Below the pieces are notes generated by a model, which ran no database searches, was not told the DNA's origin, and saw only the letters and a list, made by a program, of their open reading frames with translations. The position numbers were made by a program, and so were the translations under genes. Below, piece by piece: positions 25,931 through 38,204 of a DNA stretch of 64,000 nt. Numbering within the stretch: position 1 is the first letter of the stretch; the number at the start of each line of letters is the position of its first letter. The stretch comes from Eledone cirrhosa (taxonomy: Eukaryota): contig OZ024741.1 in assembly GCA_964016885.1 (NCBI GenBank), positions 43,834,001 through 43,898,000 on the forward strand, given 5' to 3'.

Positions 25931-26360
25931 TAAAAGGAATTCCAACTTTGTTTGATTTACTCGTTTTATTTACAATCCTTTAAAATTTATAATGGTATTA
26001 GAATGAAATAGTATGGTAGAATATTAAATGTTAAGTGTTAATTGAACAAGTACTTTCATGCTTTCGCAATCTTCAGGTTCATAATGTGTGGTGACAGTCA
26101 AGTTTGCAATTTTCAACAGTTGAAAATTGAAAATTGCAAACTTGACTGTCAACACACATTATGAACCTGAAGATTACGAAAGCATGAAAGTACTTGTTCA
26201 ATTAACACTTAACATTTAATATTCTACCATACTATTTCATTCTAATACCATTATAAATTTTAAAGGATTGTAAATAAAACGAGTAAATCAAACAAAGTTG
26301 GAATTCCTTTTATTAGTATAATCTTTTCTATACACAATCATACACGCCCGTGTATATCTA
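25928..26360. mobile_element. Fold-back palindrome derived from the 3' pLTR of the PLE family at 37880-40660; HHRs at 26043-26081 (-) and 26162-26200 (+)
   Basis: 26116-26360 matches 40424-40660 almost base for base. Centre CAAC-A-GTTG at 26118. HHR: TGAAC-CTGAAGA-TT(G/A)CGAAAGCAT-GAAA-GTAC-TT-GTTCA. Confidence 0.92.
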
Positions 26361-27475
26361 TCTATCTATATATATATGACCTCAAGCACACGAACACAGG
26401 CAGCGACTTACACCACCCACCCTACACGCAACTAACATCACTAACAAGCCCCAACCCCACGCACACGTACACACACACCCTCTTACACCACCAACTCTAC
26501 ACACCCTACTCACACCAGCATTCAACCCTTTCTCCACCTCCCGTATACTAACACCCACTAACACCCCCTTCATCAAACTACACACACACCAGTACACCAC
26601 ACTCCCTCCATCGACCCCCGCACCCTTCTCTCCCCGCTCCACCCACACCCTTTCTCAAACACTCACTCATCCCACTAACACCTCTACTAATGACCCCCCA
26701 TCCTCACTCCAACTTTCACACCTACCCATCTTCGCCCCTTTACCATTCCACCCTACTGCTGCTATGCCCTCTGACCACCTCCCAGCACACACAGACACAC
26801 AGCACTCCTACTGCCTTGACCACTTCCTGTTGCGCGCGCACCCCACATCTCCCCTCTTTCGACCATCTCTTCACGGATTACTCGTATGTGGACCTTGACC
26901 GCGGAATTAACTACCATCCTAGGATTTTACCAACCATTCCACAACATCTTCTTACGGAATCACCTTTTTGACTCACTCAGACACACACCCAAAAACAAAT
27001 TTGTTTTCTCACACGCCACCTACACCTACAACACGCTTAAACACCACACACACGTGCGTTCCACCACATATTTACACATTTAGCCTCCGGATTCCTGTCC
27101 CCCCACCCCTCTATCCACACACGCACACACCCTCCGACCTACACCCCACCCCACACACCTCTTCCTGAACATGCAACCCCGTTCTTCCCCCAACCCTTGC
27201 TTTCACATACACACACACACACACACGTACACCTACACACACACACCACCTTTAGCCCTCCCCGCTCGGACACCCCGTCTCCCTTTCCCCACTCCACCCG
27301 CCACCACCCCTACACGCCCCACACCCTTCCACCACCTGTTTTACCCCATTTTAATTTTATTTTGATCATGCTTTTATTTTTAATTTCATTCGCACCGTTT
27401 CCTCCTACCCCTTTCGCTATATGTCTCTCCACCACTCCCCTACACACCCTTTGAACTCTCTTCCCACACACTTTT

Positions 27476-27509
27476 CACCTGAAGAAGAGCTTATGCCTGA
27501 AACGTCGTT
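27476..27509 (+). ncRNA. Degenerate minimal HHR at the end of a C/A-rich PLE-like remnant
   Basis: CAC-CTGAAGA-AGAGCTTATGCCT-GAAA-CG-TC-GTT; weak stem I; AATAAA and (TA)n downstream. Confidence 0.35.
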
Positions 27510-27598
27510 CCCCACCACCACCACCCCACTCTCAAGAGCGTGAAATTAATAAACATTCGTTGTACTGCCTCTCTGTTTTGTTCCTGTTCAAATTTTCC

Positions 27599-27641
<43 letters not shown>

Positions 27642-28033
27642 ATATAAAGATACATATATATATATAAAATTATATTGTATTTTCATTTTCAGTGAATACA
27701 TGATTTTAATTTTAATAATATCAATAGCAACGATCACAATATAGAGACATTGCAAATAAAATATACCTTAAATTTTAATAAATGTGCATGGGAATAGATA
27801 TGTTTTTGTTCGGTTGTCGTTAACACCAATTCAAAGTTGAAGGGTTTTGTATTGGTGTCTGCCTGACTTTTCATTTCATATTTGCTAAGAAGTCACAAAC
27901 GTGATTCTTATTTCAAATTCCAGTAGTAATAATAATTTGCTCACAAAATCCATTGTCTTCCATACCATATCATATGGGTGTGTTTGAATACTGATAAACT
28001 ACATCAACAGTGAGATATATGCATCCACCATTA

Positions 28034-28177
28034 TTACCCGCTAGCATGCTTTTCAATGACGGTTAGCAAAAACTTATGTCCATCCTGTATCTTAGCAGCT
28101 TCAATTTTTTCAACTGTTGTCATAGCATTTTCTGTATGCATGAGATGTTTATCTACTGTCATTTCTAGCTCAATTTT
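28034..28177 (-). CDS. Candidate terminal coding exon of an unidentified host gene
   Basis: Acceptor ctgttttctgttttctgaatag, then an open frame KIELEMTVDKHLMHTENAMTTVEKIEAAKIQDGHKFLLTVIEKHASG* in non-repetitive DNA. No homology recognised. Confidence 0.3.
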   Translation of the reverse strand, partial: KIELEMTVDKHLMHTENAMTTVEKIEAAKIQDGHKFLLTVIEKHASG

Positions 28178-28785
28178 CTATTCAGAAAACAGAAAACAGC
28201 TAATAATTAACTACATCATACTGGAAATACAAGTGCTTATCTGACACAAGAACTCTATGACAACGAGGCTAAACCAATCTAGGGGTATCACTGAATAACC
28301 CATTTCTCATAATATATCGTTTCCTCTGTTGTCGAGCAACTGAAACTAAAATGTATTTACGTAATTCTCATATGAGAGAAAATGTGTACAATCAAAGATT
28401 AAAATTGGCTTTTCTTACAATCAGTTAAAAAGATTGAACAACACTATGTCTATACCCATATTTCTCCGTAATATTACCACAATATGTATGCTGAGTGAAT
28501 TAGATGGCTTTCTTTAGTATCCAGTTATACGCAATAATATATAATTCCTTAGGAACGAGGGCCAGCATTAAAAGCTTCATCTTCAGCTAAAAGTGTTTAT
28601 GTGGGATATAATGAAAAATACAGTGAGATAACACAAGTATTGATCTACGTAGGGAGGATTCTTTTAATCGATATATTATATTTCAGTATGTTACTATGAA
28701 ATAGAGATATAATATTACTGATATTTTCTTTAATTGTTTCATGTTTTGTCAACGGCTGATAAAACCTTAGAGACGCCAATCGAAA

Positions 28786-28948
28786 GAGGTAATTATTTAA
28801 CCAATAAATGGGGCCTTAGCATGTACTACTGCTGCGGTCTTGAGAAGACCTGGGATTGATGACAACTAAGGGATAACTTCACATTCCCAACAGCTTGTGA
28901 ACTCCCGAACTTGAGCCTGTCACTGGGTGTAGTTTAATTTCATACCCA
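28786..28948 (-). mobile_element. Solo copy of the 5' head sequence of the RTE at 47775-50986 (or a related SINE)
   Basis: Aligns to 50818-50982. Confidence 0.7.
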
Positions 28949-30841
28949 TTAATGAGCTTTGCTTGAAACAAAAATAGTTAAATATCCTCACAGCAGGCCA
29001 ACGTATCTAAAATTGTGTATCTTTTTTCAATATTTCACATTGGTGGATATCCTTTCAATCGATAAGCTATCCTTACAGGAAAGATTTGATGGAAAATGTA
29101 TTTTGCATTACCATATTACCACTACATATATCTTGTTGTAGTGATCGATGCAATCATGTAATACATATTTACACCCCTGTGAACTAAATAAATCAAAGTT
29201 AAATACTTTTGAACCAAATCAGTAATAGATTTATGCAAAGGATAGGAACCAACACATTTTTAAATACTAGCTTAATGATTCAATATTTGTTTTATCTCCT
29301 CACAAATTCTAGATTCAATTAATAGAAGCGCAGCCAATAAATTGTATTTAAGTACACCCTTTCCGTATACATATATTTGTTGGATCCATAATGCAAATAG
29401 AAGCGCTAATTTCTATCTATATTATTTATGGTCAGTATACTTTGTAGATAATATAATTATTACTGATCGCAATTATGGTCAATAAAGTTTGTATAATTGT
29501 TGATATTTGTTTAGAGATTATAAGGTTTCAAACCGTCAAAAGTCATTTCCTGCTATTTGTTATATAAACTGATCTTGGTTTATTACTCCTTTCAATAAGG
29601 ATAGATATTTGACTGACAAATACAGACATAAACATGAAACTCTTGAGATACACACTCATATGACTATACATATATATGTTTTTTTTTCATTTAGATTCAC
29701 AGGTTAAAATAGTGTATATCAATTTTCAATGATTGTCATGAAAAAGTTATGTTCAATGACTAGAAGGAAGGTAATGTTCTAGTATGTATTATTTTAATAA
29801 AACATTATCTGTAAAATATAGCGGAGATGCATCATGTGAGTGTGGATGTATATAGCATGTAAATTGTTCTTAAAATGGTTGAAACTTATATAATTGTAAT
29901 TTTTTTAATGCAGAACTTACATGGCAGGTGTATAGAATTACATCACATAAATATATATGTATCCAAACGCACCGCAAAATTCTATAGTATGGTCTCAGTA
30001 AAAAAGAAATGAATTTTGTAACTATACAATCGATAATTCTAGCTACTTTCAGTTCCCCATTGACCAACATTACGGACAGTATACTCTTCCCTTCAAGAAG
30101 AGTTTAGTAGCCCATGTATCTTCATTAGGTATAGGGTGTAGGGTTAATTTCTTAAAAAAGTGACTTTATTTCACGTCTTTCCAGTCCAATCAGTTGAAAT
30201 AACATAGTTATCTTTTTTCATGCGGCATATCTCGCTGAATCTCCTTAAGATTACACGAGCCTATGAATTGTTAATCCGCTAGTACGGTTATGTCACCCGT
30301 CAGTGTGTTGATAGTAAAAAAGGGATCGCACATCGTCAGATCCGACAGTGGTCCAAAACGGGAAATAGAACTCAATGTAAAGGGTATAAACTAGGATTCA
30401 TTAAGAATAATCAGCCTATTCTAAACTATAATAAAGTAAGAAGTGGAGGCTGAGTACGATTTATTTCTTTTAATCCAGTTAGTAAAATAAGTTGGATTAC
30501 TTTGAATAAATAATGAATGAATATTACATAATTTATCCACTAAATTTCGTAGCTGTTCATTAAATATATTTTATTGCTTATGATAGGGGGGTTTTCTGCT
30601 AGTATGCGTAATGATGCATGAACTGAAACCAATGAGTAGGCCATAATGCGTTCTACAGCATTCTTGATACATAACTGGATGGTGCCAGGGTGTTTGTCCA
30701 CCTTATTCTCAGATATAAATATATGTTATATAACCATTTTTCATTAAAGAAACGCATAGTATTTTGTACATATATAAAGCTAATGATATTTAGGACACAT
30801 TATATACTTTAAGATGGAAAAAGTATTATTTTTCTTACAGA

Positions 30842-30876
<35 letters not shown>

Positions 30877-31049
30877 CGGGTGTGTGTATGTGTGCGTGTG
30901 TGTGGGTGTGCGTGCGTGTTCGTTGCGTGTGTGTCTGGGTATATAGTATGTATAAAATAATATTCCTCATCGAACGTTACACGTTCCACACACATATATA
31001 TATATATATAGAGAGAGAGAGTGAAGGAGAGAGAGATAGAGATAGATAT

Positions 31050-31110
<61 letters not shown>

Positions 31111-31591
31111 GAGAGAGAGTGAGAGAGAGAGAGGGAGAGAGAGACATAAAACCATAAAGATATATAAAACTATAAAGATACATAAATGGGAAAATAGGGA
31201 AATGATTAAAGTCGCTCAAAGGTAATATTCTAAAGAGATTGCAAGAAAGAGATTTGTATCCTCACTGCCAGCAACGTACAAATTACGGGATGTAACCTTA
31301 TTTGCTGTTCATATCAAGGGGTTTACAGATATATCATCAATATAGATGGGTTAAATTATATTCCTGTCACCGAGAGTTTTCTTTGCAGTAGATTATACGA
31401 GCTAATGCGCAACATCCGTGATAAAATCGCTAACATATCTAAACATATCCACAATATATAAACGAGCTTATCAGTAAATGCGTATACACCCAAACACACG
31501 GAGGCGCGCAATCTTGTATATTTATGTATATATGAATATATTGAGGTATGTGAGTATATACATAAGTTGAGATTTTGATAATGGTTTAACG

Positions 31592-31633
<42 letters not shown>

Positions 31634-31637
31634 TATA

Positions 31638-31717
<80 letters not shown>

Positions 31718-31877
31718 ATAAATTTGAAGACTAAAATCCAAAGAGGGCTCGATAAGGATAAATATATATCAAATATATAAGAACCGTTGAGAAAATATTT
31801 GTTATGCATATATATATATATATGTGTGTGTGTGTATATATATATATGTATATATATGTATATATATATCTCTCTCT

Positions 31878-31966
<89 letters not shown>

Positions 31967-32039
31967 AGAATATTTTCGAAACAGCGAGCGGGTTGAAATT
32001 ATATATGTAAGTTATTGCCCTATTTTGACTAAAGAAATT

Positions 32040-32174
32040 AAAGAAAATTATTTAGTCTGATAGTGGGCTTAAGAACCCTCTGAGAAATGGAAAAAGATGA
32101 GTATTGACGTACTCATCTTGTTCCATTTCTCCGAGGCTTCTTAACCCCACTATCAGGCTAAATAAATTTCTTTT
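32040..32174. repeat. Imperfect hairpin, ~62-bp arms
   Basis: AAAGAAAATTATTTAGTCTGATAGTGGG..GATGAGTA / TACTCATC..CCCACTATCAGGCTAAATAAATTTCTTT. Confidence 0.85.
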
Positions 32175-32241
32175 ATATATATATATATATATATATTAAA
32201 ATATAAGTATTAATAAAATCTATCTTCTTGTGATCAATTAC

Positions 32242-32295
32242 ATTTTATTATACATATTTCGGATGTACAAACAGTACGTCCTCATCAGACAAAAT
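32242..32295 (-). ncRNA. Type I hammerhead ribozyme motif
   Basis: ATTTTGT-CTGATGA-GGACGTACTGTTTGTACATCC-GAAA-TATGTA-TA-ATAAAAT; canonical core and G10.1-C11.1 pair. Confidence 0.85.
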
Positions 32296-35200
32296 ATAAT
32301 GATACATGACATACCCTGAGATGTTAAATGGTTAAGATTTAATCAAGGTAGTGATTAACCCGATAGCAAATTTTACTTATATCCTATCTATGTGAAAATG
32401 CGAAAACGTAATAAATTCATTAGAGAATGTGTGAGTAATAAAAAAACTTTGCATACTGTAAGTGTTCTAAAATTTTAAAGTGTATGATACTACAATATAT
32501 CTAGGAAAACGTCTCATGAATCATAACAGCTAGTCATAGCCACTGGAAAAAGATTTATTAGGAGGGAAAAATAAAGTGTGGGTTTTCTTTTTCGAAAATT
32601 AAACGGGTAGATTTGAAAATATTTAATTTATAATATTAAGGTGAATACTCCAGATTTCAGGATTATTTGCTAGTTATTTATATATTATTTATATAAATTC
32701 GATAAGTGTGTTATCATTTCTAAACTTCTGAATTGTGTGAATAACATTGAAAGGATTTAGCTGGCACATAAAGAATGAAATATTATACTGTTGATTATTT
32801 ACCTAAATTTAAACTTTAACAAATATACCAACATATTGGGTATGTAAAGCTTTTGAAGTACTTATTGTTATAAATATTTAAATAACTATTATGTATATAG
32901 GTATATATTAATTAGTCAGTATGTTTAAGGTAAATAATAACGACAAAGATAAAAATAAAATAATATGTTAATGATAAAAATATACATATGTATAATTGGG
33001 TGTAAATGTACTAATTATTCTTCAACCAAGATATCAACATATTATTAGATATAGATATATATTAGGTATTATTAGTGTAGTATACTTTAGGTAAATGATA
33101 ACAGTTATACTCTTTTCAACGTGTTACATTTAAATATATATATAAGAAAAACAAACAATGAATGTATGTATAATAGAGAGTTCAAAATAATGTCTATAAT
33201 AATTTTTAGCATGGATATTTTCTCTATATTTGAATCATATATATATAAGTATGGTAGGTATACTTAAAAATATTAAAAAATATATAAAATACATTATATA
33301 ACTACATATATATTATAATACATTATATTATAAATAAATAAATAAGAGATCGAAAGTACAGCGAAAAATTCACATTTATATATAAGTTTGAATCTAAAAT
33401 GAGAAGGATATAGAATATGTTAAATATGAATAATATAGAATATGTAAATAATAACAATTCAAGTATTATTCCTAATAATAATAATAAAAATAATAATAAC
33501 ATATATAAGAGTAACACTAATAATTATAACTCAAACACATACGCTAACTAAATCGATAATACGAACTAGATCTAAACCAGTCATATGGTTTGCATCCCCT
33601 GCTTCGGTCGCAGTTAAAACACCAATTGCAAAACTATTTTTTAAAGCTCTTGACACCTCTTTCCCTACTCAACATAAATACCATTCCATTTTTAATAGAG
33701 ATACCATTAAATTCGCAAATTCTACAACCAGTAACATGGCCCAAAACATCGCCAAATTAAATGCCAAAATCCTAAAACCAAACCAACATAATGATCATAA
33801 TAATAGCGTTATCGTTAATGATACTAAACCAAAATGTATTTGTAGAACTAAAAATAATTGCCCTTTGCAAAATAATTGTTTAGATAGTAATTTGGTTTAT
33901 AAATGCACCGTAAAAACTGACCACAAAACATACAATTACATTGGATCAACCTCATCCACATTCAAGCTTCGTTTCGCGAACCATAAATGCTCATTCTCGA
34001 ACTCTAAGAAGAAATTATCCCCGTCTTTATCACAGCTCATATGGTCTTTAAGAGAAGAATCTAGAATACTCCATTCTTTGGACAAAACTTCGGAACTGTG
34101 GAATTTACCGCAACTCTAGTATATCAAATAACTACCCGCTCTGTACAATGGAGACCCTGTTGATTATTAATAATTATGAGACCCTAATTAACAAAAACAG
34201 TGAATTATTCTCTAGTTGCCTCCATAACGCTACGTCCCCTTTTTTAGCCTCACATAAAACGAGAAAGAAAGAACCAATAACAACTCGGTTACCAGGAATA
34301 TATAATCAACAGTAAAAAACACCAATGGCCTTACATATTGCTTTATTTTATAACTATCTATAGAAAAAAACAACGTTAGAATGAATGACAATATTTCAAT
34401 TAGCATGCCAAAACATTGATACACACAACATTATGTGTTAACTTTGATCAACACCATAATTTCTTTATCTCATTATTTCTATCTATAATTTAGTACAATA
34501 CCTAATCCTTACATATTTATGGAATTTATTTAACTGTCAAATTTTAATACATTTGTGATCTCTTATAAATTTTAGTTTAATACCCAATCCAAAAATATTT
34601 ATGAAACTTATCTATAACTCCAAATTTCTAATGAGTTTTTGATCTATTATTTATAGTATAATATAGCATATATTTCTTTTAAATATACTTCCTGCACTAT
34701 AAAATCTAAATTTTGAGACGGATTCAAACTTATATATAAATGTGAATTTTTCGCTGTACTTTCGATCTCTTATTTATTTATTTATAATATAATGTATTAT
34801 AATATATATGTAGTTATATATTGTATTTTATATATTTTTAAATATTTTTAAATATACCTACCATACTTCTATAGATATGATTCAAATATAGAGAAAATAT
34901 CCAAACTAAAAATTATTATAGACATTATTTTGAACTCTCTATTATACATGAACTCATTGTTTGTTTTTCTCATATGTATATATATATTTATTTAAATGTA
35001 ACACGTTGATAAGAGTATAACTGTTATCATTTACCTAAAGTATACTACACTAATACCTAATATATATCTATATATATACATCCCTATAATACCTAATATA
35101 TATCTATATATATACATCCCTATATCTAATAATATGTTGATATCTTGGTTGAAGAATAATTAGTACATTTACACCCAGTTATACATATGTATATATTTAT

Positions 35201-35878
35201 CCTTAACATATTATTTTATTTTTATCTTCGTCGTTATTATTTACCTTAAACATACTGGTTCATTAATATATACCTATATACATAATAGTTATTTAAATAT
35301 TTATAACAATAAGTACTTCAAAAGCTTTACATACCCAATATGCTGGTATATTTGTTAAAGTTTAAATTTAGGTAAATAATCAACAATATAATATTTCATT
35401 CTTTATGTGCCAACTAAATCATTTAAATGTTATTCTCACAATTCAGAAGTTTAGAAATGATAACACACTTATCGAATTTATATAAATAATATATAAATAA
35501 CTAGCAAATAATCCTGAAATCTGGAGTATTCACCTTAATATTATAAATTAAATATTTTCAAATCTCCCCGTTTAATTTTCGAAAAAAAAAAACCCACACT
35601 TTATTTTTCCCTCCTTATAAATCTTTTTCCAGTGGCTATCACTGACTGTTATGATCTATGATACGTTTTCCTAGATATATTGTAGTATCATACACTTTAA
35701 AATTTTAGAACACTTACAGTATGCAAAGTTTTTTATTACTCACACATACTCTAATGAATTTATTACGTTTTCGCATTTTCACATAGATAGGATATAAATA
35801 AAATTTGCTATCGGGTTAATCACTACCTTGATTAAATCTTAACCATTTAACATCTCAGGGTATGTCATGTATCATTAT

Positions 35879-35931
35879 ATTTTGTCTGATGAGGACGTAC
35901 TGTTGTACATCCGAAATATGTATAAGAAAAT
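35879..35931 (+). ncRNA. Type I hammerhead ribozyme motif (mirror of 32242-32295)
   Basis: Same motif with one stem I mismatch. Confidence 0.8.
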
Positions 35932-36589
35932 GTAATTGATCAAAAGAACATCTATTTTATTCATACTTATATTTTAATATTAATAACTCCAGATAATTAT
36001 TTTTTACCGTTGAGTGCTTCCAATCTACTGTAAAACTTGTAGTGACCTACATTCCGCGGGCTCACATACATTCTATGTGCGTGATTTGGCTCAGCTCAGC
36101 CAATCAGCGCCAGGAGAAGAGGATGTATCCCTACGCGTTCTGAGAGAGAAATAGCCCGCGAAGATTTGAGAAATCAAAGACTCGCAGCTTGACCATGCTA
36201 AGGTAAACACCACTTGTTCTTTTGCTCCGTAAGCACAAACAATATGTAACGACAACACATTGCTACGGACCTGGCTAAACGCCTCAGCCAGTCGACCGTA
36301 TTTTCTCTTGTAATCTTAATTGAATTATTTCATTATTCTTGGCACGCCAGCTTAATTCACTTCTTAACCTTTGTTAATAAATAATGTAAAAACAAGCTAA
36401 AGTCGTTGTCGATATTCCTATAATATCTTTCTACCAAACCTAGTTCCTCGTGGCAACCTTACAACTCTCTAAATATACTTCTCTGCTAAAAACTCATTCT
36501 TTGACATAATTATTAAATATTGTTTAACAATTTAATATATATATATTTATATATATTACATTAAACCTTTATCAAAATCTAATTTTAAT

Positions 36590-37590
36590 GGAGTAATCAG
36601 AGCGACTAAAATAATTTAGTCTAACTTATATAATCGTCTCGCTACCATGATTTCAAGAATAAAAGAAACACTACCATCCATTTCGAATCATTGGAATAAT
36701 CAATATAGGAAGAACCTATTCTATGGCCATGGGAGAATTCTTTGGAACAAGAGCAGATATTGATCATAAAGTATACAGACTGTTTCGTCGTCGAAACCAC
36801 ATGATGTGCAACACATCCTGTTGTTGAACTACTAAATAAGCAAATCTCTCTTGATATATAAGAACGATACGACAGGCATATAATACCGCTAGAAATAGTA
36901 GCAAAATCCGTTTAAATCGACTCCAGAGTGAAGTTGTTAATATTAATTAAAAAGTTATTTGTCTCTAATACTTAGAAATCTCAATGAATAGATAGAATAT
37001 ACAGATAAAATATCACTCAGAAAAGTAACTTGATATATTAAAATTTACCAAAATCTTAAAATAGTCTGTATATTTTTTGATCAATATCTCTACTTGTTCT
37101 AAAAAATTCTCCCCTGATAATAGAATATGTTCTTCCAATATTGATAATTCCAATGATTTAAAATGACTGGTGTTGTTTCTTTAATTCTTGAAACCATGGT
37201 AGAAGATGGATATATGAGTTACACTAACTTATTTCAATCAATCCGATATATAAACTACCCTAAATTACGATACTGGCGAAAGTTTAATACGTTAAATTTA
37301 GAAGGTATTATGCCGCTATTTCTAGCGTCATTAAAAACCTGCTGTATTGTCCTAATACATATATATAGAGAGAGATTTGTTCCTTTACAAGTTCAAAAAG
37401 ACGACGTGATGGACACTATGCTGTTTCGACAAAGAAATGGTATGTATACTTTATGATCAATATCTCCTCTTGTTACAAAAAATACTTCAGTAACGATAGA
37501 ATAAGTTCTTGGTTATTCCAATGATTTGAAATGGTTGGTATTGTTTTCTTTTGTTCTTGAAACCACGATCGGGAGTAGAGTATATGATTT
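36590..37590. repeat. Old, diverged inverted/tandem repeat cluster
   Basis: 36640-36905 is the approximate reverse complement of 37310-37570 and, in part, of 37077-37205. Confidence 0.7.
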
Positions 37591-37783
37591 TAGTGGGTCT
37601 GATTTATATACTTTCTTAAATTGTTATGCGTGCATACATATGCGAAGCGCAAATTAGGGCAGCGACAACAATCGCCTTTGCATCAATGGCCAACCAAGAA
37701 GGACTGGCTTTATAAAGTGTAGTGTCAATGGCGGGGCCACAGCATGGCTTCAGCCTGTCAGCTGGAACACGTGATAGTGTAAC

Positions 37784-37880
<97 letters not shown>

Positions 37881-38204
37881 TGTACACGTAGATCCTAAAA
37901 TAATTAATTTATCCAAAAGAGATCTTCACAATGATGAAATGTAAATTCTGTCAAAAGGACTCAAATTCACACCGACTCCAACAGTCAATCTGAAGGAGGA
38001 TACCCAAGAATTCTGTCGAAAATTACGTCTTGTAGAATTCTTCGCTGATAAAATGATGAGAGTGATGAATCGCTAGTAAAGAATAAATCAAATTTCACTC
38101 CGCCAAAAGGAAGAAATATCTATCTCGACCAATACATTGACATCCTGTCTAAATTTCCTCTTAGACGTAATACTAATGTTAGGCCAAACATTAACAAATC
38201 AGAA

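Larger units (their letters stand above)
32193..36030 (+). mobile_element. Penelope-like element remnant (GIY-YIG region) between ~1.2-kb inverted pLTR arms (32193-33394/34721-35980)
   Basis: ORF 33736-34119 has CICRTKNNCPLQNNC..LVYKCTV..YIGST..FKLRFANHKCSF..LSQLIWSL. HHRs at 32242-32295 (-) and 35879-35931 (+). Confidence 0.88.
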
